A model generated the notes under the pieces. That model worked only from the letters and a program-made list of their open reading frames with translations, had not been told where the DNA came from and did no database searches. From Saccostrea echinata (lineage: Eukaryota), in NCBI RefSeq assembly GCF_033153115.1, contig NW_026889814.1, forward strand, positions 186,001 through 250,000: a stretch of DNA of 64,000 nucleotides. The letters are read 5' to 3'. Each line of letters begins with the position of its first letter. The stretch's first letter is position 1. This document shows, one piece after another, positions 26,203 through 37,944 of the stretch. A program made the translations under genes and the position numbers.

Positions 26203-27339
26203 TCATATATCTAAATTGTTCCCTAGTCTACATATATGTAACTGGTTCATGCTACATGTAATTATTAACATTGACTAGTATGGTGAAAATTATATGCATA
26301 TATCATAAATGCAACCTTTGCAGAAGATAGGATGTAGATGTGTGTTAAACTACTCTAAATGCAACCTTTACAGAAGATAGGATGTACATGTGTGTTAATC
26401 ATGCACTACTGTATCACTTATTCAGTAGTAATACATAAACTTTTGTTATTTTTACAGCTTTTATAGATAGTTGAAGATGACACCCTGTTCCTTTAAAGAA
26501 GCCACTGGAGGAAACATATCTTGATCAGAACCATTATTAAAGTTTAATCTTGTTTTACCATGTTCCAAATCAGATATCTGTCTAATAATCACATACCGGT
26601 AATCCCCAGAACTGAATCTGAAGGAATGGAGGATTGCATGTGTTATGTATATTTTGGATGATATAGACAGTTAATACATGTATGTGCCCAAATCACAGGC
26701 AAAACTTGGACTTGCTTGGACTTTTTGTATTGTTTTTGAGCCTCATGTGTGTATAAACTGAAAATTAAATGATCTGATATAATGACTTTTGAAAAATTAT
26801 GAAAATTCTTTTTGTATTTTTGTGCTATTAGGAAATGGAAAATGCAAGAATAAGTAACCACTAAAATTCTATTTTTGGTTCTTATAAGATTTTCAAAGTC
26901 AAAATTGGGGACTTTGAAGAACATTTTATTTTATTTTTATTTTTTGATTTTATTTATTTTCTTAAGAAGTAGTTGTCAAAAGTTGAAGCAATATTCATGC
27001 ACTTTAAAGACACCTCCTCCTTAAGAAAATTGAAAATTTTACAAAAGGTTCAAATTATATTTTTGTCATTTATTTAAAAAAAAAACAAAGGGGGTGGGGT
27101 GGGATTAGGCTGAACTTTAAGGATTTTTTTAATGAATGTGGTCAAATTAATTTTTGTTGAATCATTTTTTAGTCTAAATAAACATTGACTTTAGTTCAAT
27201 CTGATGTGAATTAAGAGGTTGAATGATATAAGCAGAGGGGGGAAATAAAAAAGATTTTTCATTGGATTTCTCCTGTAAGTGCTTTCAGTAGTGTATATAT
27301 GGAACTATTGAAGGAGAAATTTTTAAATGGCATTAACCA

Positions 27340-28450
27340 TAGCTGTACTTAATGGGCTTTTCTGTTAAAAAATTTGTGTTGTTGTTTTCATCATCTTTAA
27401 CACTTCTGCATTTTCATCTTTAAATTTACTGAAAATACCATTGGACCATGCTTGACACCGAATACCCTTTAATAAAGGGGCATATTTCAAGTTCATTCAA
27501 ATAAGTGGCCAAGCTCCTTCCCAAGAGGAGATAATCAGGGAAAGCCAAAAATAGGGTGGGTTCATTTATATTTGCATAAATCTTAAGAAAAAGATGATGT
27601 GATAGCTTCCTGATATATCAAATAATTGGCATTAGATTTAAGGTGAAACCACAACAGGGAATTAAAGTACATAGGCAGAAAAAAAAAAAAACAGTGAAGC
27701 CAGGATTTGTCATATTATGCAAGGAATTCTCGGGTAGTGCAGATGTCATTGTGTACTAATTGTGGTCCTAGGGGCTAAGATGAGGCTAAAATGAAGACTA
27801 AATGAGAATACATGTACACATTTTCAGATATTCTTTTCAAGAATAGCAAGACCAAACTAAATCAATTAATTTGCAAAGATTCCCAAGTTATGTGGATTTT
27901 AGTTTTTTCCCTCAGATTGTCAACCTCTAGATATGGATGGGAATAAAGTTTTACATAGTGCAGGGGAGGAACATTTTAGGGAACATCAAGGTCATTTTAA
28001 TCATTATTGATGTTGAAGCCTCATTATTTAGTGTTGACTGAAGGTTGTTCATGATGAATTCCTTTGGACACGCTTCAAATACATGTATTTCAAAAACAGG
28101 TCATAACAGATAAAATTTTTAAATTTGACTTCAATTAATTAACTGACCTTGCCATTGGGGTCAAGGTCAACAGTAGAGCATGAATTTATCTTCTTGTATT
28201 GTCTTACAGTATACACTGTGCATCAATGTATGAAATATTTGGAGCAAGGTTCAAAATATCAAGAACCATGTAGATTTAGATAAAAAATATTAGACATAGA
28301 ATATATAATACAGAATAATTTAACCTTTGGGTCAAAGGTCAAGGTGAGGAGAAGGTCATAGTAGTGCATGGCTCATTTCCTGTTACAACTGCACCCATAT
28401 GGAATAAGGATATCTTGTTTCTAAAAGGACAAATTACTTCTAGTAATCTG
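27340..28450. repeat. Highly decayed HINE/satellite-like relics
   Basis: Degenerate motifs (TTCAAATAAGTGGCC..GAGATAAT, GGTCAAAGGTCAAGG) similar to the other satellite-bearing elements in the window. Confidence 0.4.
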
Positions 28451-30311
28451 AATTGTTAACAGGAAATCATCTAAACATGCCCAAATTTGCATATTTTTGA
28501 ATCTCCATGGCAACAATGCTTTTGAATGTCTACCCAATTTTATTTTTAAATTTTTTGTATACTCAAACAGTTACAAAATTTCATTATAGAGTATATAAGC
28601 AGTTGTACGGATTTTTGTCAAATGCCTTTTAAAAATGTCTTAAATTCAGATATTTTTTCAATGCTAAACTTGTCGCTTTTTCCCATTGTCATAGCAACAT
28701 AACAGAAGAACTTAATCCAATTTAATCAGGCAAAGTAGAACTATCAATTTAGTCATCTTTAAAAAAACTGGTAGGTTAAAAACCATCTTTTGAGAACATT
28801 TGCATGAAAACTACATTTAATTATGTCAGTATTTTGCCCGTTTTGAATGTCAAAAATTGTTCTGGTAACTGAGGAAATGTTTCTCCTTGGATACGACTCA
28901 GTGATTATGGTTGAAATCATTAATTTTGTATTTTTCTTGTTATTTGTGACAGAAATAATCCATACACACTATTTAAAAAAAAAAAAATCATATTTTTGAC
29001 TTTCCATAGAAAGCTCAATGCTTACTGACATGCTCTCTTAATCTTATAATCAATTTCCATTAATTAAAAAAAAATAGTCTAAGGAATGCTCATGTTTAAT
29101 TCTTAGGAGAAAACAACTCTTCTTTACCCTAGACTAGAAAAAAGACTGGAGGTCAGAATGCAGGATGATTGAGCAAGAGGTGCTGGCAGATGGACTATTG
29201 AGGTACATATATAAGAAATATGGACACGACTTTATCTAACTATCGTGTAATGCAGCATCTGTGCTGCTATGTAAAATATATTACTTTTTATAAATTATAG
29301 GTCAACAAAAAATTTGGACTTTCACCAGGTGGACACATGTTCGGCAAGAAATTCTCACATCAAATGAATGATGGCTGTCTGTGGAAAAGAGTTTTTCTCA
29401 GAATATATCATGTCAGAAGCAGGAATTACATATTTATCTTATCAAAGAAATGTTTTTGTAGAAATGTGGAAGTCAACGCATGTTATCAAAGTCACTGCTG
29501 CTTGTTGCATGATTCCATTCAAGACTTGATTTTTTCACAAACTTTCAGTCAGAAGTAGTTTTATTTATAATCATATAATGTTTAATTATTTGATTACCAA
29601 GTACCCGATACAGTGCACGCTTTGTAGAATGTGATTATTTTACAAAATCTTTGATTCAAATTTGAAATCTTACTCCCAGAGTGAATTTTTCAAGCATTAT
29701 CTTTCATTAGATTACAATGTGAAGATTTACATGTACTGGCATTTCAACAACTTGTAAATGATATATACCTAGCTCTATGTATTCAGTTGCTTTACATTTT
29801 CAAATACAGTTAAAATCTTAAAATACAGTTCTGAAATGCATAAAAAATGTGCCTGCTTTAGATCATTTAGTTAAAGGGTGATTTTAAGCAAGAGCCTGCT
29901 GAACAAAATTGTTGGTAGTGACTGGGTTAAGTTTAGATTTTTACAAATGAACTACATATATATGTACTTGCAGTAGAAACCCTCAAGAGGTAATTTTTAA
30001 TTCAGTTTCAATACAAGTTATTGACACTGATAAATAAATGCTTGTGATACAAATTCTCAAAAAGAAATTTCATCCTTGAATAAGTATTTTGCATCTAAAT
30101 GTGAAATTAAGTTTGATAACTGCATGCATATTATTGTTACAAAGTTCAAAGATGTCATTTTCAGGCAAAGATGTCAAAGGGCATTTGATTGTCATAGATG
30201 GCTTTTTTGTTATCTTAAAACTCCAGCAAATTTTATGCAATATATGATCACATTGAGGAGTTATATTTATTGGTGCTGAACAAACTATATACTTTTACAT
30301 GTGTGTAGGTA

Positions 30312-31650
30312 TTTATTGTCCCTCGCTTTCGCGAAAGTGAGGGGATATTAAATCTCATTTGTCTGTCAGTCTGTCCGTCTGTCTGTCAAAAAAACTTTAA
30401 CCTTGGCCATAACTTTTGAGTAAGAAGAGATTGGGCTTTTGTATTTCACATGTACATTACTTGTGACAAGACCTTTCCAAATATACTGTGATTTTTTACC
30501 CCGTTACCTTGGCCTTGAAGTTTGACCTACTTAAAAAAAACATTACCTTAAATTGGTCTTAACTTTTGAATGAGAAAAGATAGGACTTTCATATTATGCC
30601 TGTTCATTACCTGTGACAAGACCTTTCAAAAATATACTATGACTTTTGACCCCTTGATTTTGACCTACTTTTCAAAAAAAATTAACGTTTCTTTAAATTT
30701 GTCATTAAATTTAAATGAAAAAAGATAAGGTTTTCATATTAAATATGAACATTACCTGTAAAAATACCTTACCAAATGTACTATGCTTTTTGATCCCATG
30801 ATCATGACCTTGAAGTTTGACCTACTTTTCAAAATTTTTATCTTTGTAACTTTTGATTGAGAATAGTTAGGGCTTTCATATTTGACCTGTGCATTAGTAG
30901 TGACAAGGTGTTTCCGAGCATGCTATATGTTTTTACCCTTTTACCTTGACCTTCATGTTTGACCTAAATTTCAAAAATTTTAACTTTGGTGATTACTTTT
31001 GAATGACATATGATAGGGTGTTCATGTTTGACAAGTGCATAACTTGTGTCAACATGTTTCTGAATATGCTATAATATTTGACCCCGTAACCTTGACCTTC
31101 CAGTTTGACCTAATTTTCAAACATTTCATCAGTTTGTTTACTTTTGAAGAAGCAAAGATAGGGCATTCATATTTGACAAGTGCATTACCTGTGACAAGCA
31201 ATTTCAAATGTACTATGATTTTTAATCCCATGACTTGACCTTGAAATTTGACCTAATTTTTAAAAAAGTTTAGCATTGCTAATAACGTTTGATTGAGAGA
31301 AGATATAGTATTTACATTTGACATGTGCATCACCTGTTTCAAGACCTTTCTGATTGTGTACTCTGGTTTCTGATATTTTTTTTTTTACATGTGCATCACT
31401 TGTGAGAAGATATTTTGGATTTTATTATGATATTTGTCCTCATGACCTTGATTTTGAAGTTTGATGTAGTTTTGAGAAGTTATAGTCTTTGCCATGACTA
31501 TTATTAATTCAATAATTTATGTCTTTTTTGTATGATGCACAGACAAGACAGGACGAACAAAAAAGACAGTTACAATATGTCATAAATAATGGCATCCCAT
31601 CCACTACAATATCGAAAGCCGGGAACCACAATTCTTTGAATTTGCTTGTT
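30312..31650 (+). mobile_element. Helentron-associated non-autonomous element (HINE/DINE-1-like) with ~145-bp satellite array
   Basis: 5' hairpin GTCCCTCGCTTTCGCGAAAGTGAGGGGA and (GTCY)n microsatellite. About 7-8 tandem units (TTTGACCTA recurs every 138-157 bp). 3' subTIR AAAGCCGGGA plus hairpin AATTCTTTGAATT. Confidence 0.85.
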
Positions 31651-32799
31651 GTTTTCAAGACTCAGTCGACAAATGTAAAATATCCAATAATAACATAATA
31701 CCAGGGACTTATATGTATATAACTACATATACATGTATAAGCCTGTATATTAGTCCTTCTGATATTCATATATTAAGCATTGGATGTCTAGATTCATATG
31801 GCATGTTCACTATACATGTATATTGATTTCATGTTTATATCATAAATAATTTATTGAAATCTTTTCTAGTCTATGAAAATTTTATGTATGATTTTTCTCA
31901 TAATTTTTTGGAAGGTTTATTGTTTATTCCTGGTTATATTGAAGGTTAAGTTGCTTTGAATTAGTCCTGTGCATGTGAAGAATGTATGTGATAATTTTTC
32001 TGTAATTGCCACTAGAAAATTGATGTATTTTATTAAATTGTCAAACATAACTTATTCATAAGAATAAAATGACAGAGGAAATTCGAAATGAATTTTTTGA
32101 ATATCATTAGACTAAGTGTAAAATACCATAAAAATAGAATGTATAACTGGTAGAAATGAATGTATTTATGTCACACTTACACCAAATTGATATATCTTTG
32201 AGGAAGTAAAATCTTTCTTATAGACATTAAAACACTCTGTAAATTGAAGATTTCAGAAAGTATAGAGTAAATTCGGGCTATTTTTTTTTTTATTATTTGC
32301 CTGATTACTATATCTTTTTTACCTTGTAAATTAATCTTGAACCTTTGAATATTCATCAGACAAAACTCTAAATATTTGACATTATATGGTCAATTGTAAA
32401 AATTGAGATGAAATTTCATGTGAATTCATGAAAACTGACAATTTTGAAAGAAAATATCGAGGAAATTCGGATTAAATGTATTTTTTGAATATAAAGGATT
32501 TCATGTTATCTTTTCACCAGCTCATTTCATATGAATTAGTCATCAAAAATAAGTAACAACTTTAAATTTATGGTGAAAGATATTTTTTCAGCTAGCAAAA
32601 TTTATTCATATGCATGGATTTCAAAACTTCTCTGTGTAAAAGTAATATTTTTAGGAATGAGTTTCAAATGACCTTGACTGAAAATTAAAGGCGATGACAC
32701 CAAAGTTTTTGGATGTTAAAATAGTGTAAACAGTCTGAATATTGAGTATTCAGAAAATCAAGATTCTGCCATTATGAGAAATATGAGAAGAATCCATCC

Positions 32800-33251
32800 T
32801 TAAATATCATTCAACATTATAAAAACAACCATGAAGCATGCCACTCAACATCATGATGCAGGAAAGATCCAAATTATGAAATTTCAAGACAGGTTATAAC
32901 AGGTCCACGTGCAGAAAAACTTAAATTAGGAGTTATAAGAAATTCTGTTATCTTTAAAAATAACTTTGCCGGGACACATATTACGTTGAAAGTTTTAACA
33001 ACGTTGTAAATGTTTATCAGGACAAAAGAATTTCGTTTTCTGAAGATCAGTATAAAGCAAGAACTAACTTAGCAGTCTGTCACCGGAATGAAAATGTTGA
33101 CAGGGAATTTACTTCAGTCTGGCAACCAAACCATAGAATGCCTCGTCGTTTGAAAGGAAAGAAAAATCACAAAAAAATTACATATAACTTTCGGAAAAGC
33201 ATTTGGAATAGATACATTAAATCTGTGTACAGAGCAAGAAAAAGAAATTAA
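32800..33251 (+). pseudogene. Kolobok-type DDE transposase, C-terminal part
   Basis: LNIIQHYKNNHEACHSTS*CRKDPNY..., then after a frameshift DTYYVESFNNVVNVYQDKRISF...YKARTNLAVCHRNENVDR...RKRN*. Contains the catalytic Glu motif; in frame with QSFL at 22511 once the insertion is removed. Confidence 0.85.
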
Positions 33252-33914
33252 AATGCATAGAGTTCTGGCTCGATAAAATTATAAACATTTATTCCAGTCA
33301 TGTACTGCTCTAGATTAATCACAGGTAATTCATAATTATTTAAAGTATATGTTCTGATGATTTTTTTCTAATATTATATATGTAACATTTCTCTTTGTTT
33401 GAAGATATTATACAAATTCTCAAGTATATAGAGATTAATAATTATTGCTAATGGTACTGATAAACACATTGAAGTAAACAGATTGGAGTTTTCTTGTGTG
33501 TAAACAAAGCTTACTCAGTCGCTCTGCATGCAGTGCCTGCTCTTATCAGCATCACTGACAGTGATGTAGGTAACTCCGCCGTTTTTCCCTTATGTGTTTA
33601 ATTGTCTACCAGGTGGCAGAATTGTAGGTCAACCCCGGCCTTTCATAGGCTAAAATATCCATGATCAATCAGCCTTCCTAAATGATCAAATTGGTTATAG
33701 AGATTTAAGTTTTTCAAGTGTTCATTTATTGTAACCCTCAGCTTGTCAAATCAATAAATAATATATCTCTGGTCAAATTTAGAACACTTCGTTATAAATG
33801 GGGCTCTTACCTATAGGACTGCGATTGGTTTTAGTCTTTAAAAAAAGCCCGACAATTTCTGTTCCGGTCAATGATTTTAGGCTACAGTGCAGGGAACTAA
33901 TTTTGTTACATAAA

Positions 33915-34075
33915 CCAGCATCATCATAAGCATTAGTAGCATCAGGATCGAGCTAGCATCAGCATTTACAAAACACAATACCAGAATCAGTATCAGCAAG
34001 CAAAGGATAGAACTAGCATAGCTAGCATTGACCTAGATTAAAAAACCAGTATTGACCTACTTAAAATCAGGATCA
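33915..34075. repeat. Degenerate AGCATC/TAGCAT short tandem repeats
   Basis: Repeated AGCAT units. Confidence 0.5.
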
Positions 34076-35146
34076 TGCTGGTTTACTAATAATACAGATT
34101 CGTTTTTCACAAAACGAAACAGCAAGTAGATATTCTTATTTCAGTCGGGAACAAACACAAATAGTGTATTTCTTGCGGTTAAATTGTTCAATACAATCTT
34201 AAGATAAATATTAAATTAATTTAATAGCAATAATTCCGCTATATTTTTTCAATCTGAATCAGCTGATCACCAAACGTCCTATGGCGTCCACTGTTGAGGC
34301 CTCGCCACGGCTTGATGTTATTGAAATTGGTGATAAAAGGGTAAATAGTAACACTTGGTCAGAAAAATAAGTTTAACAACACAATAAAAGTATGATGTTT
34401 GGTGTAAAACTATTTACTTTAATTTTTATTGGGTTTTAAGTGCAAACACGTACTAAGTAATTCACAATCCGAATTTCCTCTAAATTGACGGAAGCCAGAA
34501 ATAAAAGTAGCAGTGCCTTTGATAAGATAATCATAGAAGTGTATTGAACAAAACCTAATAATTAAACCAAATAATTGATTCTCTATTATTCACAGCATTA
34601 AACGAATCTGGTTTAAATATTTTTAATGCGGAGGTGCGTAAATTTTATAAAAAAAAAACATGTGCAGATAAATTTGTGTATGTACATGATGTAGATCTAC
34701 CAGAAAAAAATTCAATTTCAAGTAGCTAAAAAATAATTATCATTATAACACAAAATAATATATAGGAGAGGATCATTTTAAAATTTTTACACTACATATT
34801 CTTTTTCACATTATTCTTCATAGTGGTACATTGTTTAAACTAGTTTGTATAATTGTCCTGGTAAATAAAATTTTATTTTAAGTACTTGAATCCATTAATA
34901 CCCTTGCAAATAAGATCTCAATTCAATTATAATAAATACACCAGATTTTATCAACAGAATTAATTAAGTCTATAAACATTATCTGTGTTTTTCCCAAATT
35001 AAGTTGTGCAAGATTTATAAAAAAGATAAGATGATCAATTAATAAATCTTAGCTTCTTTGTTTAATGTAATTTTATCCATATTATAGGTCTTTGTGGAAG
35101 AACATGAGAGTACTTGATAGAAATGGAGTTCTATGAACAGTCTACA

Positions 35147-35338
35147 GTTTGTTGTTTCAACACCCCACATGAGAATCTTTCATTCATAATGGAGACACAA
35201 ACACTTGCCGGTGAAGGGCTGCAATCTTAGACCTGTACTCGGCACGTAGGCCTTTAAGCAGCGAGAGATCTTTTTCGTGCCAGCACCTTCTGCGACACTG
35301 GAACTCGGTTTATATGGTCTCATCTTAAGGACCGGGGC
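35147..35338 (-). mobile_element. Diverged, head-less SINE fragment (Deu-domain 3' half)
   Basis: Similar to the 3' half of 37638-37944 (CACTTGCCGGTG, TACTCGGCAC, GTGCCAGCACC, GGTCTCATC). Confidence 0.8.
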
Positions 35339-36260
35339 AATCTACAGTGGTGTCTTAGAATGATGATTCAAAGAAAATTCTGTTTGGAAAATGATTTTAT
35401 TTTAAAAGAGAAATGTTCTTGCTTCCTAAAAGTAGAGGACATGGAGAGTATAATGTAATCGTGAAAACTTACAAAAAAAACCCAGTTTTTCAAGAAAGTG
35501 AACTTGTTGAAAAAAAACTTTGCTGGTGGTCAAGAAAAAAGCTTCACTTTTTCATGCAAACACCATTCTATTTATTTGACTTCGTGGACATAAATTTATC
35601 AAACAAGTGAAAAAGCAGTGAATATGGGACATGAATTGTAAAACTATTTATCTGATTATTCCATCATTACACTATTTCATAAAATTCTGAAAGTTGTCAT
35701 GGGACATTTTGTGATTCAATTTATTATCAATTATAATTATAACTTGGTCAAGTTCGCACTGATTATAAATGAATTGCAATTTTTAGACACTGGGAATATT
35801 GTTTTATTGCTTCCATGAACTTAAAATTTTACATGTATACTGTGTTGTTCTACAATAAATATAAAATAACCTTTATTTTGTCCCCTACTTTAAATATTTT
35901 GTGCCTTACAGCACAAATTGCTTCTAAGGAGTGGCAGAAGAAAAAATTGGAAATGATGATATAAGAGTTTGTCATATTTTCAGAAAATGAACATTTTGCC
36001 AAGGCGGTACACATCTAGAAAAGAAAAAAAAAATGATAGAAAATATTACTGTAAATATCATATATTAAGGTTTTAATTTTAAAATTGTGAAATTTGTGTT
36101 GTACTGAAGGAGAACAGTTTTGATGTTATATCATCAAGGTCAAAAGATATCTGGCTAGCACAAACTCTAAATCTATGGTACATGTACACCATAGTATAAT
36201 AAGTGAATGATTTAAATCATTGGCTTTAACAATGAATCTATACAAATGCACCATGATGTA

Positions 36261-36628
36261 AGGCCAAAATAAAATTATTGTTCGTTTGGAATTGCCTCCC
36301 GCCTCATTGAAATGACCCTCCTGGAAAAATTTTATTGACCAAAAATAAGAAGATTTTTTTATTCAATCAATTCTTGGCCTGTTATCACGTGTGCCATCCA
36401 ATCATTTAAAGTAAGTGTTGGATCTAAGCAAAAGTGGGTTCCTGGTTGATGGGAGATAACCTTTACAAAAAATCAGAAGATAATGTGTTCACTGCCTACT
36501 GAAATTTTTATCATAATTTTTTTTATTTAACTTTAATGTTGAATAAAATAATAATTTCCCTCCCTCCCTCCTGGGTCTGAAACCTCCCAGGCGGCAATTC
36601 CAAACAATCAAATTTTTAAAGATGGCCT
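36261..36628. mobile_element. MITE
   Basis: AGGCCA...TTTGGAATTGCC and GGCAATTCCAAA...TGGCCT imperfect TIRs. Confidence 0.7.
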
Positions 36629-36649
36629 ATAAGAGAAGAAATATCTATA

Positions 36650-36805
36650 CAGTAAAACATGGTTATAACGAATACACTATAATGAATTCATGCTGATAGC
36701 GAAATGATTTTCATTCCCTGTGGTTTTCAAACCCATTGGAAAGTAAACATATAACAAATCAAAACTGTTTATCCCAGGTATTTAGCTGTAAGCTTTATTT
36801 TTCTG
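36650..36805. mobile_element. pogo-like MITE, relative of 12094-12271
   Basis: TA|CAGTAAAACATG, shared TATAATGAATT and TGATTTTCATTCCC, ends CTG|TA. Confidence 0.65.
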
Positions 36806-37235
36806 TACGTGAATGATTTACTTCATTCTAAAATACCCTACATGATAATGTGTTATCCCCCATATTCAGTCACTTAATGCAGATTATGGAATATTTCAGT
36901 AAACATTTTAAATGAAATCCAAATAAAGAATTGTTATTATTTCAAGTTTAAATATTCAGATGTAAATGAATGGGGACATACCGGTATTACTATTTTTGTC
37001 TATACAACTCAGTAACCTTGGCTTTACTCAGTATTTAACCATTGCATATATAATATTTCATTCAGTTACCTAGCACACAATATTCTTAGCTCAAATACTG
37101 TATATATACTCTGTATAGTGTAAGCAAGTATATCCAACAAAACATTTAGTGAAAAGTAGAAACATCAGTGAATATTTAACCAGATATGAATTAGTGTTTC
37201 ATTTTTTAAGTTGGGGTGTAAGTGATCAAAACTTC

Positions 37236-37274
<39 letters not shown>

Positions 37275-37354
37275 GTATTCATGAAATAAAGGATTGCATA
37301 TGCTTCAATAAGAACACTAAATGTAACAGAAATATTGCCTGTCTACATAATCTC

Positions 37355-37550
37355 AGGGACCTATATACTAGTATATAGGTCCCTTGTACGTTGGCGTTTA
37401 AGAGTCGGGCTTGGATGACACAGCAAGTGTTGTCTATATAAAGGGTCGGATTTGTTCTTCACATTCCCTTCTGCTGAACTTTTCAAGGGTAAAGACGCAT
37501 AACAAATGCTTGCAAAGAATACATCTAATTTTTGCTTTGTTATTTTAAAA
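37355..37550 (+). repeat. Dispersed repeat headed by a perfect 30-bp palindrome, copy 1
   Basis: AGGGACCTATATACTAGTATATAGGTCCCT plus about 165 bp shared with 52769-52965. Confidence 0.85.
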
Positions 37551-37637
37551 AAAATGGTATATTTTTCCATTTATGAATTTTTTCAACCATTTTAAAGCTT
37601 TTATTACTGTTCATGTTTATTAAATAAGGCGGATGAT

Positions 37638-37944
37638 TGATAAATTGATTGATTGTATGTTGTTTAACGTCCCTCTAGAGAATTTTTCACTCATATGGAG
37701 ACGCCACCACTTGCCGGTGGAGAGCTGCAAATTTTGTCCTTTACTCGGCACTTAGGGCCATTGAGCAGTGAGGGATCTTTTTCGTGCCAGCACCTACTGC
37801 GACACGGGACCTCGGTTTATACAGTCTCATCCGAAGGACCGGTCTCCACGTCCCACAGTGGGATTCGAACCCGCGACGTAAGGATCAACTCCTTACTTCG
37901 CTACTCTAGAGCAGACGCTCTAACCACTGCGCCACGCGGGCGAC
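37638..37944 (-). mobile_element. tRNA-derived SINE, family 2
   Basis: Minus strand: A box TGGCGCAGTGG, B box GGTTCGAATCC, Deu-like core, (CAAT)n tail. Imperfect 14-bp TSD ATAAGGCGGATGAT/ATAAGATGGATGAT. Confidence 0.92.

Larger units (their letters stand above)
24181..29037. mobile_element. 4.86-kb Kolobok-like non-autonomous element nested in copy A
   Basis: TTAA|GAGAGCATGTCACTAAGCATTGA...TCAATGCTTACTGACATGCTCTC|TTAA (22/23 match). Copy B has a single TTAA at the empty site (47671-47674). Confidence 0.92.
22516..32799 (+). mobile_element. Kolobok-like non-autonomous element, copy A (4.8-kb core plus 2 nested insertions), inserted in the transposase gene
   Basis: TIR GGATGGATTCTT...AAGAATCCATCC, flanks TAAA/TTAA. 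The core is collinear with the reverse complement of 43878-48721. Confidence 0.93.

Noticed and set aside
24181-29037. piggyBac assignment for the TTAA elements
   Set aside because: Termini are RR...YY (GG/GA/AG) rather than the CC(C/T)...GG of piggyBac, and the adjacent transposase motifs are not piggyBac-like.
30390-31470. CRISPR-like array
   Set aside because: Whole units are homologous with no unique spacers; eukaryotic satellite, no cas genes.
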